Virus record (IMG/VR): IMGVR_UViG_3300037961_005793
Location: 16,884 to 80,883 of that record
Length of the DNA stretch: 64,000 nucleotides
Source: a virus
Reading direction: 5' to 3' (one strand)
The translations under genes were made by a program, and so were the position numbers. The first letter of the stretch is position 1; every line of letters starts with the position of its first letter. The notes under the pieces are model-generated. The model searched no databases. It was not told the origin of the DNA and was given only the letters and a program-made list of their open reading frames with translations. Positions 19,738 to 28,531 of the stretch are shown piece by piece.

Positions 19738-19926
19738 CTAACACAAATTGAAGTTATCGCCATCTGAATCAATTTGATTCTGAAGATGTCTGTAGAAAGC
19801 ACCTCGCCTCGGTCTGAACTTGCGTGCGGGCTTTTTACTTTGGTTTCTTTTGTATACTTTGACACCTAGTTCATTAATGTAATATTCACCGCCTCTAGCT
19901 CCCTTAATCCACTTTTTCTCTTCCAC
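19738..19926 (-). CDS. Small basic protein (PBCV basic-adaptor-like motif)
   Basis: GARGGEYYINELGVKVY. Confidence 0.5.
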   Translation of the reverse strand: MEEKKWIKGARGGEYYINELGVKVYKRNQSKKPARKFRPRRGAFYRHLQNQIDSDGDNFNLC

Positions 19927-19971
19927 GGAGAAACAAGCAACTTTAAAAATATTAACCTGCGTCAGAGGCGG

Positions 19972-20466
19972 TCAAGACCGCTTCTTAAACAAGTTGCAAT
20001 CTTGTGAGTCAGGAGTCATGTACTCAGGAGTCTCAAAATCACAGCACATCTTCTCTCGATCGTTGTGCATACACATTTGACAAATGAGTGAACTTTTGTC
20101 CACAAGCGTATGAGCTTCTGTCTCAGGCAACTCCACCGTGGTTAGACGGTAATTACAGTTAAGACAGTGTTTCTTGCGACGTCGATGACCTTGCTTGTTA
20201 AGCCTGGTCTCTACAACAGCTAAAAACCTTTCACCGCAGTTAGGACACTTCTCTCTTAGTCCAGCACGAGCCGCCTTTATCCGTTCTGGTTCTGTCTTGC
20301 GTTCGTAAAACTTAGGCGGCGTCTTGCCAGCACATACAGCAGAACAAAAAGTTTTGGTACGTCCTTTCTTTTGATTTGAACGATGTTCTGAAGCTCTGCG
20401 TTTGAATTTGACTCCACAGCAATCGCAAGTCAGTTCAACCCAAGAAGTAGAAGTTCGGAGTGCCAT
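19972..20466 (-). CDS. Multi-zinc-finger protein with NrdR-like zinc ribbon
   Basis: CPNCG...VVETR...RRRKKHCLNCNYRLTTVE plus two other Cys clusters. Confidence 0.7.
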   Translation of the reverse strand: MALRTSTSWVELTCDCCGVKFKRRASEHRSNQKKGRTKTFCSAVCAGKTPPKFYERKTEPERIKAARAGLREKCPNCGERFLAVVETRLNKQGHRRRKKHCLNCNYRLTTVELPETEAHTLVDKSSLICQMCMHNDREKMCCDFETPEYMTPDSQDCNLFKKRS

Positions 20467-20477
20467 AAAAAATGAAA

Positions 20478-20563
20478 TGCCTGAGGCGAGACTTGAACTC
20501 GCATGACCTTTGCAGGTCGAGGGATTTTAAGTCCCTTGTGTCTACCGATTCCACCACTCAGGC
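20478..20563 (-). tRNA. trnL: tRNA-Leu(UAA), intronless, no encoded CCA
   Basis: GCCTGAG/CTCAGGC acceptor stem, D-loop GG, anticodon arm AGGGA-CTTAAAA-TCCCT, long variable arm, GTTCAAG T-loop. Confidence 0.95.
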
Positions 20564-20667
20564 TATAGCTGATGTGCCAGCACCGGCTGACGTGCGAAAT
20601 ATACCCCAAAAAATCCGTTGCTCAACCGTTTGTGACTGTTACCATGCTGATGTTTACAAGATGACAA

Positions 20668-21384
20668 GTGACTGCATCCTCTTTCCAAGACCTGATGGGT
20701 CAGCTTAAAGAAAATACCAGCGTTAAAATCGAAACCAAGAGCAAAAAACAACTGAGTGACCGTTATACCTTCACCGAAGGGTGGTACGACGCCCTGCTAA
20801 ACAGTGAACATGTAATACAAAACAACAACACCGACAAAAAAATCGAATTAGATGCTACAAAGAGGCTCCAAATCGTTGAAATCGGCGTTTATGAAGGTGC
20901 TTCGAGCTGTTTTTGGTCGGATTTTTATCTCAATCATCCTGATTCTCGTCTTATTTCTATTGACCCCTTTACAGGTAGCGAAGAACATCTACGTGAGCCC
21001 GAGAAGTACCCCGGATTATCTCAGCTCGAAGTAACTGCGCGGGATAACATCGCCAAATCTGATAACGCAGGCAAAGTTGAGATTATCAAAGGTTACTCAC
21101 ACTTAATTTACCCACATCTACACCACCGTTACGGTGAAGAACCGTGGATCGATATCCTTTATATCGATGGAGCACATGATTCGACTTCAGTTGCTCGTGA
21201 CGTTACTTTATACGTGCCTATGGTTAAGCCTGGCGGGGTGGTCTTTTTCGACGATTACGCGCATCCTGACGTTAAAAGGGCAGTTGATATGTCTCTGAAC
21301 GCTTTCGCTTCGTTTGACATTGCCATGTTCACTGGATGGCAGCTCGTAGGAAAAGTAGCTGACTATAAAAAATCACACGGATGA
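20668..21384 (+). CDS. SAM-dependent methyltransferase (Methyltransf_24)
   Basis: VEIGVYEGASS, LYIDGAH and KPGGVVFFDDY motifs. Confidence 0.88.
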   Translation: MTASSFQDLMGQLKENTSVKIETKSKKQLSDRYTFTEGWYDALLNSEHVIQNNNTDKKIELDATKRLQIVEIGVYEGASSCFWSDFYLNHPDSRLISIDPFTGSEEHLREPEKYPGLSQLEVTARDNIAKSDNAGKVEIIKGYSHLIYPHLHHRYGEEPWIDILYIDGAHDSTSVARDVTLYVPMVKPGGVVFFDDYAHPDVKRAVDMSLNAFASFDIAMFTGWQLVGKVADYKKSHG

Positions 21385-21476
21385 CACTAAGTGAATTAGG
21401 GACATTAATTCTTTTATTAAGTCCTTTAATGCTCCCTAGCATTCTTCTACTATTTACATTAGTAGCGGGAGGTTAG
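21381..21476 (+). CDS. 31-aa single-pass membrane microprotein
   Basis: MTLSELGTLILLLSPLMLPSILLLFTLVAGG; ATGA overlap with the upstream stop. Confidence 0.6.
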   Translation: MTLSELGTLILLLSPLMLPSILLLFTLVAGG

Positions 21477-21477
21477 G

Positions 21478-21678
21478 GTGCATCTTTTTGCTCTCTTAGG
21501 TGCGGTTGTAATTATCAACCACACGCCTTCTCACTGGTATATGTCCTGTGCAAGATGGCGAGAGCAAGCATCAAAAATACTCGTTGATCAAAGACTTCCA
21601 GAAGAAGCAAGAGTCAAATTGGTTTTATATCTTCGCGGCAAAGTCAAAGGCAAGTGCGACTTAATTGTCGGTAAATAA
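21478..21678 (+). CDS. Small protein with hydrophobic N-terminus
   Basis: Closely coupled ORF with two Cys. Confidence 0.55.
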   Translation: MHLFALLGAVVIINHTPSHWYMSCARWREQASKILVDQRLPEEARVKLVLYLRGKVKGKCDLIVGK

Positions 21679-22002
21679 CGCTTCAAGGCCGCCGTACACG
21701 AGAGCGGCCCATCCACGGAAACTGACACTGTCTTGTGTTACAGCACATCACAGTGTGGGGGATCCAGTTTCAAACAGATGATACCGCTTCATACTCTTGG
21801 TGCAAGGCTGCGCCCACAGAATATTTTGCACTAGCCAGCCAGGTACGTCGTTTTTTTTTAAAACCCCTTGCACATCCCTTTACCTCTTGCTGCTTGCGCT
21901 CTCCCCGTTTTTATTGCAGCTTGCACTACACAAGTAAATACACCGTAGCCCCTACTGCCACGCTCGTTAAAACTACGACTTAACTTGTAACTTACGAATA
22001 AA

Positions 22003-22740
22003 TTAAACGATTAACCCAGCAGCACCTAATGCTCGTGATGCAAATTGATTTGCAATAGCAGGTAAGCCCGCAGCCATCTGCTTAGACACACGGTCTTCTT
22101 CAGTTTCATACCCTTTATCTTCTTCCTCACCATCTACCGCACCGTAACCAAAGGTTTCAAGGTAAGCAGGGTTTTGAGTAGCCTGCATGAAACTTGGCAT
22201 ATCATCTGGCACAACACCAGCGGGACTGCCGTCCTCAATTAAGAATTTCTCATCCCCGAAGTATCGCGTGGCACCTCCCCTGTCCGGATCACCCATGTAG
22301 TAGTCCGCAGGATTGCTAGGATCACCACCAACGAAATCAAAATAAGATCCTCGGAAAGGAGCATAAGTTGCTTCCTCTTCTCGGACTGGGAAAGGAACCG
22401 GAATACCATCATCTGCAGGAATCGGGTCAACACTTACGGGTTGATCTGAATCCTCGTCTTTCAAATAACCACGAAGCTTATCCAAAGCAGCTTCCGTGGC
22501 CCCACCCTGTCTTGAATAGGGTTCAACTTCTTCTGCGTAGTCAATAACATATCGAGCAACATCCGACTTCGAGCCGCCAAGATCCCGACCCTTGTCGAAC
22601 ATCTTACGAACATCTAAACCACTAAAACGATCTGTAGGTGGTTTCTTATCAGAACCTGCACCAAAAGCTGTACGGTCATAGTCCCGCATATACTTTTCAA
22701 ACTTCCGGATATCAAACTTTTCACCAGCTTGACGTGCCAT
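22003..22740 (-). CDS. Acidic protein sharing a domain with the 42404-44266 product
   Basis: YMRDYDRTAFGAGS...TDRFS.LDVRKMF. Confidence 0.7.
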   Translation of the reverse strand: MARQAGEKFDIRKFEKYMRDYDRTAFGAGSDKKPPTDRFSGLDVRKMFDKGRDLGGSKSDVARYVIDYAEEVEPYSRQGGATEAALDKLRGYLKDEDSDQPVSVDPIPADDGIPVPFPVREEEATYAPFRGSYFDFVGGDPSNPADYYMGDPDRGGATRYFGDEKFLIEDGSPAGVVPDDMPSFMQATQNPAYLETFGYGAVDGEEEDKGYETEEDRVSKQMAAGLPAIANQFASRALGAAGLIV

Positions 22741-22781
22741 ATTTCTACTGAGCAGATATCTTCTACTTTAGCTTAATCACC

Positions 22782-23645
22782 CTAAACAAATCCAGGTAAT
22801 TGCGGACCTGCGTTACGAGGTACAGGTGGTGTCATAGGGACAAAACCACGTTTAATACGTTCATCCATAAAAGGTGAATCAAAATTAGGTGGAGGAGATC
22901 CAAATACACCGCCCGGTCTATAACTACCGCGAATGTAACGAGGCATCTCAGCCATCAAATCACCGTCCATCGAACTAGCGCGTCCACGGTTGTATTTCTG
23001 CCTTTCCAGATCCCGAATAGCTTTTTGAATGTTCGGATCAGTTAAAGGACCGATCTCGCCCTTACGTAAGGAACGGAGAAGCAATTCACCTGTGGGATCC
23101 AACTGCGCCATTTCGTCGTTGTTAAGCGTACCATCATCAGGATTAGCATAACGACCAAACATTTGAGTCTTAGGACCCATCACTTCTTTGTTTTGCTCAA
23201 GGTACTGATACAAGTAATCGCGCTTACCAGTCTCTGGAGTCAAAGGCTGAACTTCAACCTTATCTTCAGGACGGTAAACAGGCTTTCTTATATCAAAGTT
23301 ATCTGTGGGGCGAAACAGTAAATCCTTTAATGCGTCTTGCTTACCACGCGGATCTAACATTTCATAAATACGCATGAAGCTATTTACTTCATCAAGACCT
23401 TTTTTAAATTCATCTAGACCGCGCATTTCCGTTGATACACCCATCGGGTTAGAGCCCGGTGTAATTGATGGACCGCGTGGATCAACTCCGCGTCCATAAC
23501 CACGAGGCTCTGGCTCCACACCGTACGGATTTGGGTCCGGAGTAAATTGACGAGTATCTGGCCCATGAACAGGTCCTCCAAAACGGGGGCGGCTGTAGAT
23601 CTGCCCGTTTCTAAAAATACGTTCACGGGTGTCTTGAATACTCAC
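22782..23645 (-). CDS. Pro/Gly/Arg-rich hypothetical (internal virion candidate)
   Basis: 287-aa ORF. Confidence 0.6.
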   Translation of the reverse strand: MSIQDTRERIFRNGQIYSRPRFGGPVHGPDTRQFTPDPNPYGVEPEPRGYGRGVDPRGPSITPGSNPMGVSTEMRGLDEFKKGLDEVNSFMRIYEMLDPRGKQDALKDLLFRPTDNFDIRKPVYRPEDKVEVQPLTPETGKRDYLYQYLEQNKEVMGPKTQMFGRYANPDDGTLNNDEMAQLDPTGELLLRSLRKGEIGPLTDPNIQKAIRDLERQKYNRGRASSMDGDLMAEMPRYIRGSYRPGGVFGSPPPNFDSPFMDERIKRGFVPMTPPVPRNAGPQLPGFV

Positions 23646-23674
23646 AACACTCTGACAAAAACAATAAATTTAGT

Positions 23675-23851
23675 TTAGTCGATACGAAGGTTGCCATCTT
23701 CGTCCCAAGTTAAATGAGCCATTAATTGGTAGTTCACCCGGCACCCGCGTTCATCACAACAAATCAAAGATTTGCATTCACCGTGGTTAACTAGCGGAAA
23801 CAGCTTGGACAGCGGTTCCCACACAGAAGAACCCAAAAGCTTGTCAAGCAC
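23675..23851 (-). CDS. 58-aa hypothetical protein
   Basis: GTG start, TAGACT 21 nt upstream; read manually. Confidence 0.45.
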   Translation of the reverse strand: MLDKLLGSSVWEPLSKLFPLVNHGECKSLICCDERGCRVNYQLMAHLTWDEDGNLRID

Positions 23852-23899
23852 TGCGTTTTTTGTCGCTGATTTAGTCTATGTGCCCTAGTGTACGCTCGT

Positions 23900-24226
23900 C
23901 TAATCTCTAAACCCTTCGTCATCTACGAACCACTTGCGCTTAGACGTAAACCACTCAGCAATAGAAGTTGGATCTTGCGGGCCAACTAAGTGATCTGTGG
24001 GGTCAGGATCGCCGATATCCATATCATCAAGAAATTGATCTAACCCTCCGGCAGCTTGGTCACCTCTGAGAGCTTCTCTCCTGGCCCTACGAAGCATCGA
24101 ATCGACACTGTGGTTGCTTTTCGCCCATTTTTGTATCCAAATCATGTCTGAAACTTGTACTTCCGCCCCGTTTGCTATTCGATTACAAATATATTCCGCC
24201 TTTTTCCGTACTTCAGTCGAAAGCAT
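23900..24226 (-). CDS. Conserved picocyanobacterial/cyanophage hypothetical protein
   Basis: MLST...IC.RIANG.EV...DMIW.QK.AK...LRRARR...LD.FL..MD.GDPDP. Confidence 0.8.
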   Translation of the reverse strand: MLSTEVRKKAEYICNRIANGAEVQVSDMIWIQKWAKSNHSVDSMLRRARREALRGDQAAGGLDQFLDDMDIGDPDPTDHLVGPQDPTSIAEWFTSKRKWFVDDEGFRD

Positions 24227-24261
24227 CCAACTATCCCTTTGTTACCAGTCTAGTTAAGCTT

Positions 24262-24441
24262 TTATTCGTCTAGAAGCAACTCTAAAAGAGCTTTATCTAA
24301 CTCAGTACGCATCGCGACAAGCGAAACTTGCTCCTGCGGATCACCGCCAGGCCACCTTTCTAAGAAATACGCGACAGACTTCCTCAGTAAACGCAGTGAG
24401 GCCACGTCGGCTGAGAACTCAACGCGTGATCTGTCGTCCAT
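24262..24441 (-). CDS. 59-aa cyanophage-type protein
   Basis: WPGGDPQEQ motif; TAATG-coupled to the upstream stop; read manually. Confidence 0.7.
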   Translation of the reverse strand: MDDRSRVEFSADVASLRLLRKSVAYFLERWPGGDPQEQVSLVAMRTELDKALLELLLDE

Positions 24442-26663
24442 TAGCGTCCAAAGATGAGTTCACTAAGACCAAACTCACCGCGCCGTGGATTAAACCGTTC
24501 TCCAGCTAAATCAGTCCTGAACTGAATCTCATCCCTGAACTTCTGAAGACCACTCCGAGGCTCAGCAATACCCAGAGTTGGGATGGGTTCTGGCTTTGTA
24601 GGAATCTCGTAAGGTTTATCTGCTAAACCAGTCCTCTGTCGAGTCCCTAAAAATTGACGCAACTTAGGAGCAATGCCTTCACCCGTCTCTTGGCGCACCG
24701 CTTCATCCGCTGCTTCCACAGCTGCAGAACCAATTAAACCTAAACCAACACCAGGAGCCAAAGGAGCAACTGCAGGATTAGCTAAAACTGGTGTTAGTGC
24801 GGCAGAAACAGGTAAACCAGCAACAAAATCCTGTGCCATTTGTTTACCCATTGCTTCAGGTCCCTGCTCATAACCTGCGCGAACAGCTTCAGCACTAGGA
24901 ATCAGATCAGCAACACCAGGCGCAAGAGAAGAAGGTGTGCGTCGAATGTCCTTAGCTAAGTTAGCTAAGTTATCGGGCGTTACACCAGGAACTAAGGTTG
25001 AATAAAATCTTGGCTGAGAACTATAAGGAGCCGCAGGTCTAGAAAAAGCTCCTTGCTCATCGACAAGAACACGACCAACTAACGGACTTTCAGGAGGTTC
25101 CATTTGAAGAGGAACCGCGTTGCCTTCTATATCGATGTATGTAAGCTGATCACCTTGTCTAGAAACAGGACCGTAACCAGCCAAAGTGTATGCCTTCCCT
25201 CTAATAGAAGGAGCAAAAACATTCTTAGCTTCAAACGGTGCAGCTGATCTTAAGTAACTACTTGTCTTTTCATCTAAACCCTGCTCCCTAGCTCTCTCAA
25301 GTAAGTCTGTGTTATCCATCGGATGGTTATAAAGCATCGATCCTGCTCGTCTATCAGCCATCGATGCTTCTTGCACGTAACGCATAATCGGACGCTTCAT
25401 ATTCTCAGGCAAATCTTCTAGGGTCGTATAAGACATCTCCTCCCCAGGAGTTCCAATTTTGAACAACACATCTTGTGCTACATAACCGGGGTTATCTTTC
25501 AAGAACCTAACTACGTTTCTTGATACTGGATAATCCTCAGGTATTGATTCAAGATCTTCGAGACGATTTCGATTAACCCCCCTACCCACGCTGACTTTGT
25601 AGCCGTCTGCGTCGAACTCATCGATTTCATCAATAAACTCTGTGGGAGAATAAAAAGTTCTTTCTGTATCTGTGTAATATTCAGGTCGATTTATTCCTGG
25701 AAACTCTCTTTCAAGCAAGTCCCCAGTTCTAAAATCCATATTCCTCAAAAATTCATCTACGTCCGAAGCCCTCTGTCTGATGTATTTAATGTCATCACTT
25801 TCTTTAGGTGTTGTATACCCACCGCCGCCGATGATTGGTTTTCTTTCCTGAAAAGCAGGTTTTTCGATTAGAGCAATATCAACTCCAAGATCCATCATCT
25901 TCTCACGACCAGCCTGCTGTAACTTGGGGTCTCCTGATGTATACAGCTGCTCTGCTTCCGCTAGTTCTGGGGTGGCATCATAACCATCGTCACCTAAAGA
26001 CTTAATAACACGGCTATAAAGATTTTGACGAGCTGTGGGATCAGAGTATTTTTGTTCTAAATCTGTGTACTGCTTATACTTTTCAAACGACTTAGGGTCA
26101 ATACGCGAAGCTACTTTGCCGAAATTTTCTACAGGCAGACGATAAAACGCATCTAATTCAGGATATTTTTGAAGTAAATTACGAAAGCTTTGAACTCCTT
26201 GTTGAGTTCTTATATTTCTTATTTTCTCATTCGAATCAACAATTTGGCTAGATAAACCAGGAATTATTTCTTGATAAACATCTCCTCCTACAAATTCTGA
26301 GGTGAAAGGCACCCGAGTCTCCTGTGGACGCACCCTTTCTTCGTAATCGATTAAGGGTTGACGCCTGTCTGCACGACGAGCATCTGCTCTGCGTCGACCA
26401 CGGATTTCATTGATAACATCATCACGCCCTTGTTCACCAAGTGCCTCGAACACCTGAGGCAACATAGAACCTCTTATAAAATCTGCCTCATCGAAATATT
26501 GCATAGACGAAGAAGCCTCTGGACTCAGAGGAAACTGCCTTTGCATCTGCTGTGGGCCTTGACGCGGCGAACTCGCCGGACGATACAAACCCTCTGATTG
26601 AGATTCACGACCTCGGTTTAACTCACGATCAAGAAATTTATATCCGTACTCAGGAGCAGGCAC
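24441..26663 (-). CDS. Large hypothetical protein (internal virion candidate)
   Basis: 740 aa, Cys/Trp-free, hydrophobic segment near the C-terminus. Confidence 0.65.
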   Translation of the reverse strand: MPAPEYGYKFLDRELNRGRESQSEGLYRPASSPRQGPQQMQRQFPLSPEASSSMQYFDEADFIRGSMLPQVFEALGEQGRDDVINEIRGRRRADARRADRRQPLIDYEERVRPQETRVPFTSEFVGGDVYQEIIPGLSSQIVDSNEKIRNIRTQQGVQSFRNLLQKYPELDAFYRLPVENFGKVASRIDPKSFEKYKQYTDLEQKYSDPTARQNLYSRVIKSLGDDGYDATPELAEAEQLYTSGDPKLQQAGREKMMDLGVDIALIEKPAFQERKPIIGGGGYTTPKESDDIKYIRQRASDVDEFLRNMDFRTGDLLEREFPGINRPEYYTDTERTFYSPTEFIDEIDEFDADGYKVSVGRGVNRNRLEDLESIPEDYPVSRNVVRFLKDNPGYVAQDVLFKIGTPGEEMSYTTLEDLPENMKRPIMRYVQEASMADRRAGSMLYNHPMDNTDLLERAREQGLDEKTSSYLRSAAPFEAKNVFAPSIRGKAYTLAGYGPVSRQGDQLTYIDIEGNAVPLQMEPPESPLVGRVLVDEQGAFSRPAAPYSSQPRFYSTLVPGVTPDNLANLAKDIRRTPSSLAPGVADLIPSAEAVRAGYEQGPEAMGKQMAQDFVAGLPVSAALTPVLANPAVAPLAPGVGLGLIGSAAVEAADEAVRQETGEGIAPKLRQFLGTRQRTGLADKPYEIPTKPEPIPTLGIAEPRSGLQKFRDEIQFRTDLAGERFNPRRGEFGLSELIFGR

Positions 26664-26761
26664 TTTACTTACCGCACTTTTATCTATTTTAAACCGTATT
26701 TATAAACTACCTGCCTCCACGGGGTGCTATATTTGCGGCTTGCACAGCGCACCGTTTTTTC

Positions 26762-27097
26762 TTGAACAACTCCATGATGATTATCGAGATCTACAGGCAC
26801 CATGGCACATGGGCTTTCACTGATCCCTACAAAGGACTTGAAAACGAACCGTTTGTGGCGGGCATACCGGAAATCATCGACGAATTCATCGAAAAATTCA
26901 GTGACAAGACCCAAGAGACGCACCGAATCACCTTTTCTTCGTCTGATTTCCCTGGTTCACACGGGAAACTAACCAAAACAAACCCCGAACAAGGAGGTGC
27001 TTGGTACAAATACGGCAAAAAAGAAGGTTGGTTGTGTCCGGCCACGCTGCACTACTTCCCAGAACACCCTGAGGAGCTTTTCGTACGGTTTAGCTAG
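26762..27097 (+). CDS. DUF6717-like protein
   Basis: GTWAFTD..GL..EPFVAGIPEIID...GWLCPA. Confidence 0.7.
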   Translation: MNNSMMIIEIYRHHGTWAFTDPYKGLENEPFVAGIPEIIDEFIEKFSDKTQETHRITFSSSDFPGSHGKLTKTNPEQGGAWYKYGKKEGWLCPATLHYFPEHPEELFVRFS

Positions 27098-27351
27098 CCT
27101 GATTTTTTTTCAGGCCGCTGTTATTATATTGCTACCCTAGAACTTTTACCCCCAAAATACCTAGAAGATACCCAGACCCTTCTCGCCCACGCCGTCGTAT
27201 ATGTCAAATAAGTAAAAAAAGGCAACATTGCGGGGTGCCGGGGAGGGGGGATAAGTATACCTTATGGATAAATGTAGTAAGGGGTAGTGTGACTTGGTGG
27301 GGGAGTCTCCTCCTATCATTGTTTCAATTGGTGAACCACGGTGGGGTGGTG

Positions 27352-27360
27352 TGATACAAT
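27352..27360 (+). promoter_or_regulatory. Extended -10 promoter for the early region
   Basis: TG-A-TACAAT. Confidence 0.5.
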
Positions 27361-27366
27361 CGCGCA

Positions 27367-28170
27367 CGCGCACGCAGTTCCTCTTAGTTACAAGGAGCGA
27401 ACACAATGTGCCAATCACATCTCCGCACACCATTCTCACCAACGTCACCGGATCCGTGGTCTACTTAATGGTGTCGAAGGGAGAGCGAGGCATGAGACCT
27501 CAGCACCGGAGACAATCTTCGAACTGTCACCAGTTCTTGCCGAGTTCGGCACAATCCCGTAACTTGGTTCACAAGTCAGGCAACTGACCCACAATCCAAC
27601 CAGCTTTGTTCAGTCCTTCGGGACATGTAACTAAGGCAGAACCTCGACAATCGAATCAGGATTAGCTAAGGGCAAAGGAGTTCCTCCTCCCTGGTGTGGC
27701 AATTGCCTCGCTTTAGTTATCTCCTGCTCTTCTTAATAGTTATGTGCCAGGTGTGTAGGGATAGCCTGCACTGCCACACGTCCGGCGTTCCGGTGTGGAG
27801 GGTGAACAGTAATGTTCTGATCGGCGGAATCGTCCGAGCCCAGCAGCACAGTTTTTAGTTACCTTCCCCATACAGGCGTGGTGTCTCTGTACATCAGGCC
27901 CCAGGGGGAAAGCTTCCTATCCTCATTTTGCTTCAGACCATACAATTTAATACTTTTGACATCATTTTGTGCGCTTTATGCGCTCTTTTTTGTTTTTGCT
28001 GGGTAGGGTTGACTTATGTCTAAGGGTTTGCAGTCTTGTAGTACCCATAGATACAGCAGCTCTACCTCAGTTTATGTTGTGATCATCCGTGATCATGACC
28101 TTTTCTGGAGTTTATGAATCCTCCCATGAGCCTTTTCGGTTCATTGAAGGACTCTAATCCTTCACCAATT
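27367..28170 (+). ncRNA. Candidate large structured RNA or early leader
   Basis: No credible long ORF; more than 15 helices including UUCG and GNRA tetraloops and G-U pairs favouring the plus strand. Confidence 0.55.
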
Positions 28171-28190
28171 GTTCTACGTTCATTCCAAAC

Positions 28191-28526
28191 ATGCGTAAGA
28201 TCGAAACTCTCATGAACAAAGCCCTCATTAACAGCAAGAACTGGAAACTTGCAAACACTGAGGTTACTTTCGACCAAGAATCTGGTCACTCTCGTGTATA
28301 TCTACATGGCAACCACATTGCCACCCTTGGTGAAACCTTCCTCACAATTACAGACGCTGGGTATCAAACAAGGACCACAAAGTCACGACTAAATGCAATC
28401 ATCCGCACATTTTGTTTCGAGGGTGAGAGTATTTATCAGAAACGTGGCGAGTGGTTTGTGAAGAAGCAAACAGTAGATGGTAAAGACTTTGAGAACATTC
28501 CTTTTTACGGTACTTACACTTTCTGA
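28191..28526 (+). CDS. Early phage hypothetical protein
   Basis: MRKIE...VYLHGNHIA...TTKSRLNAI, a common phage early-gene pattern. Confidence 0.8.
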   Translation: MRKIETLMNKALINSKNWKLANTEVTFDQESGHSRVYLHGNHIATLGETFLTITDAGYQTRTTKSRLNAIIRTFCFEGESIYQKRGEWFVKKQTVDGKDFENIPFYGTYTF

Positions 28527-28531
28527 TAATC

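Noticed and set aside
21735-21983. 82-aa plus-strand ORF
   Set aside because: Weak start, atypical composition, crosses a homopolymer tract
27161-27587. ORFs of 73-97 aa in the junction region
   Set aside because: Overlapping, low-complexity translations with no coding signature
27743-27850. CAGG/AGCA internal loop resembling SRP RNA domain IV, and CTGATCG resembling a hammerhead core
   Set aside because: The SRP closing stem and tetraloop are missing, and the hammerhead CUGAnGA/GAAA core is incomplete
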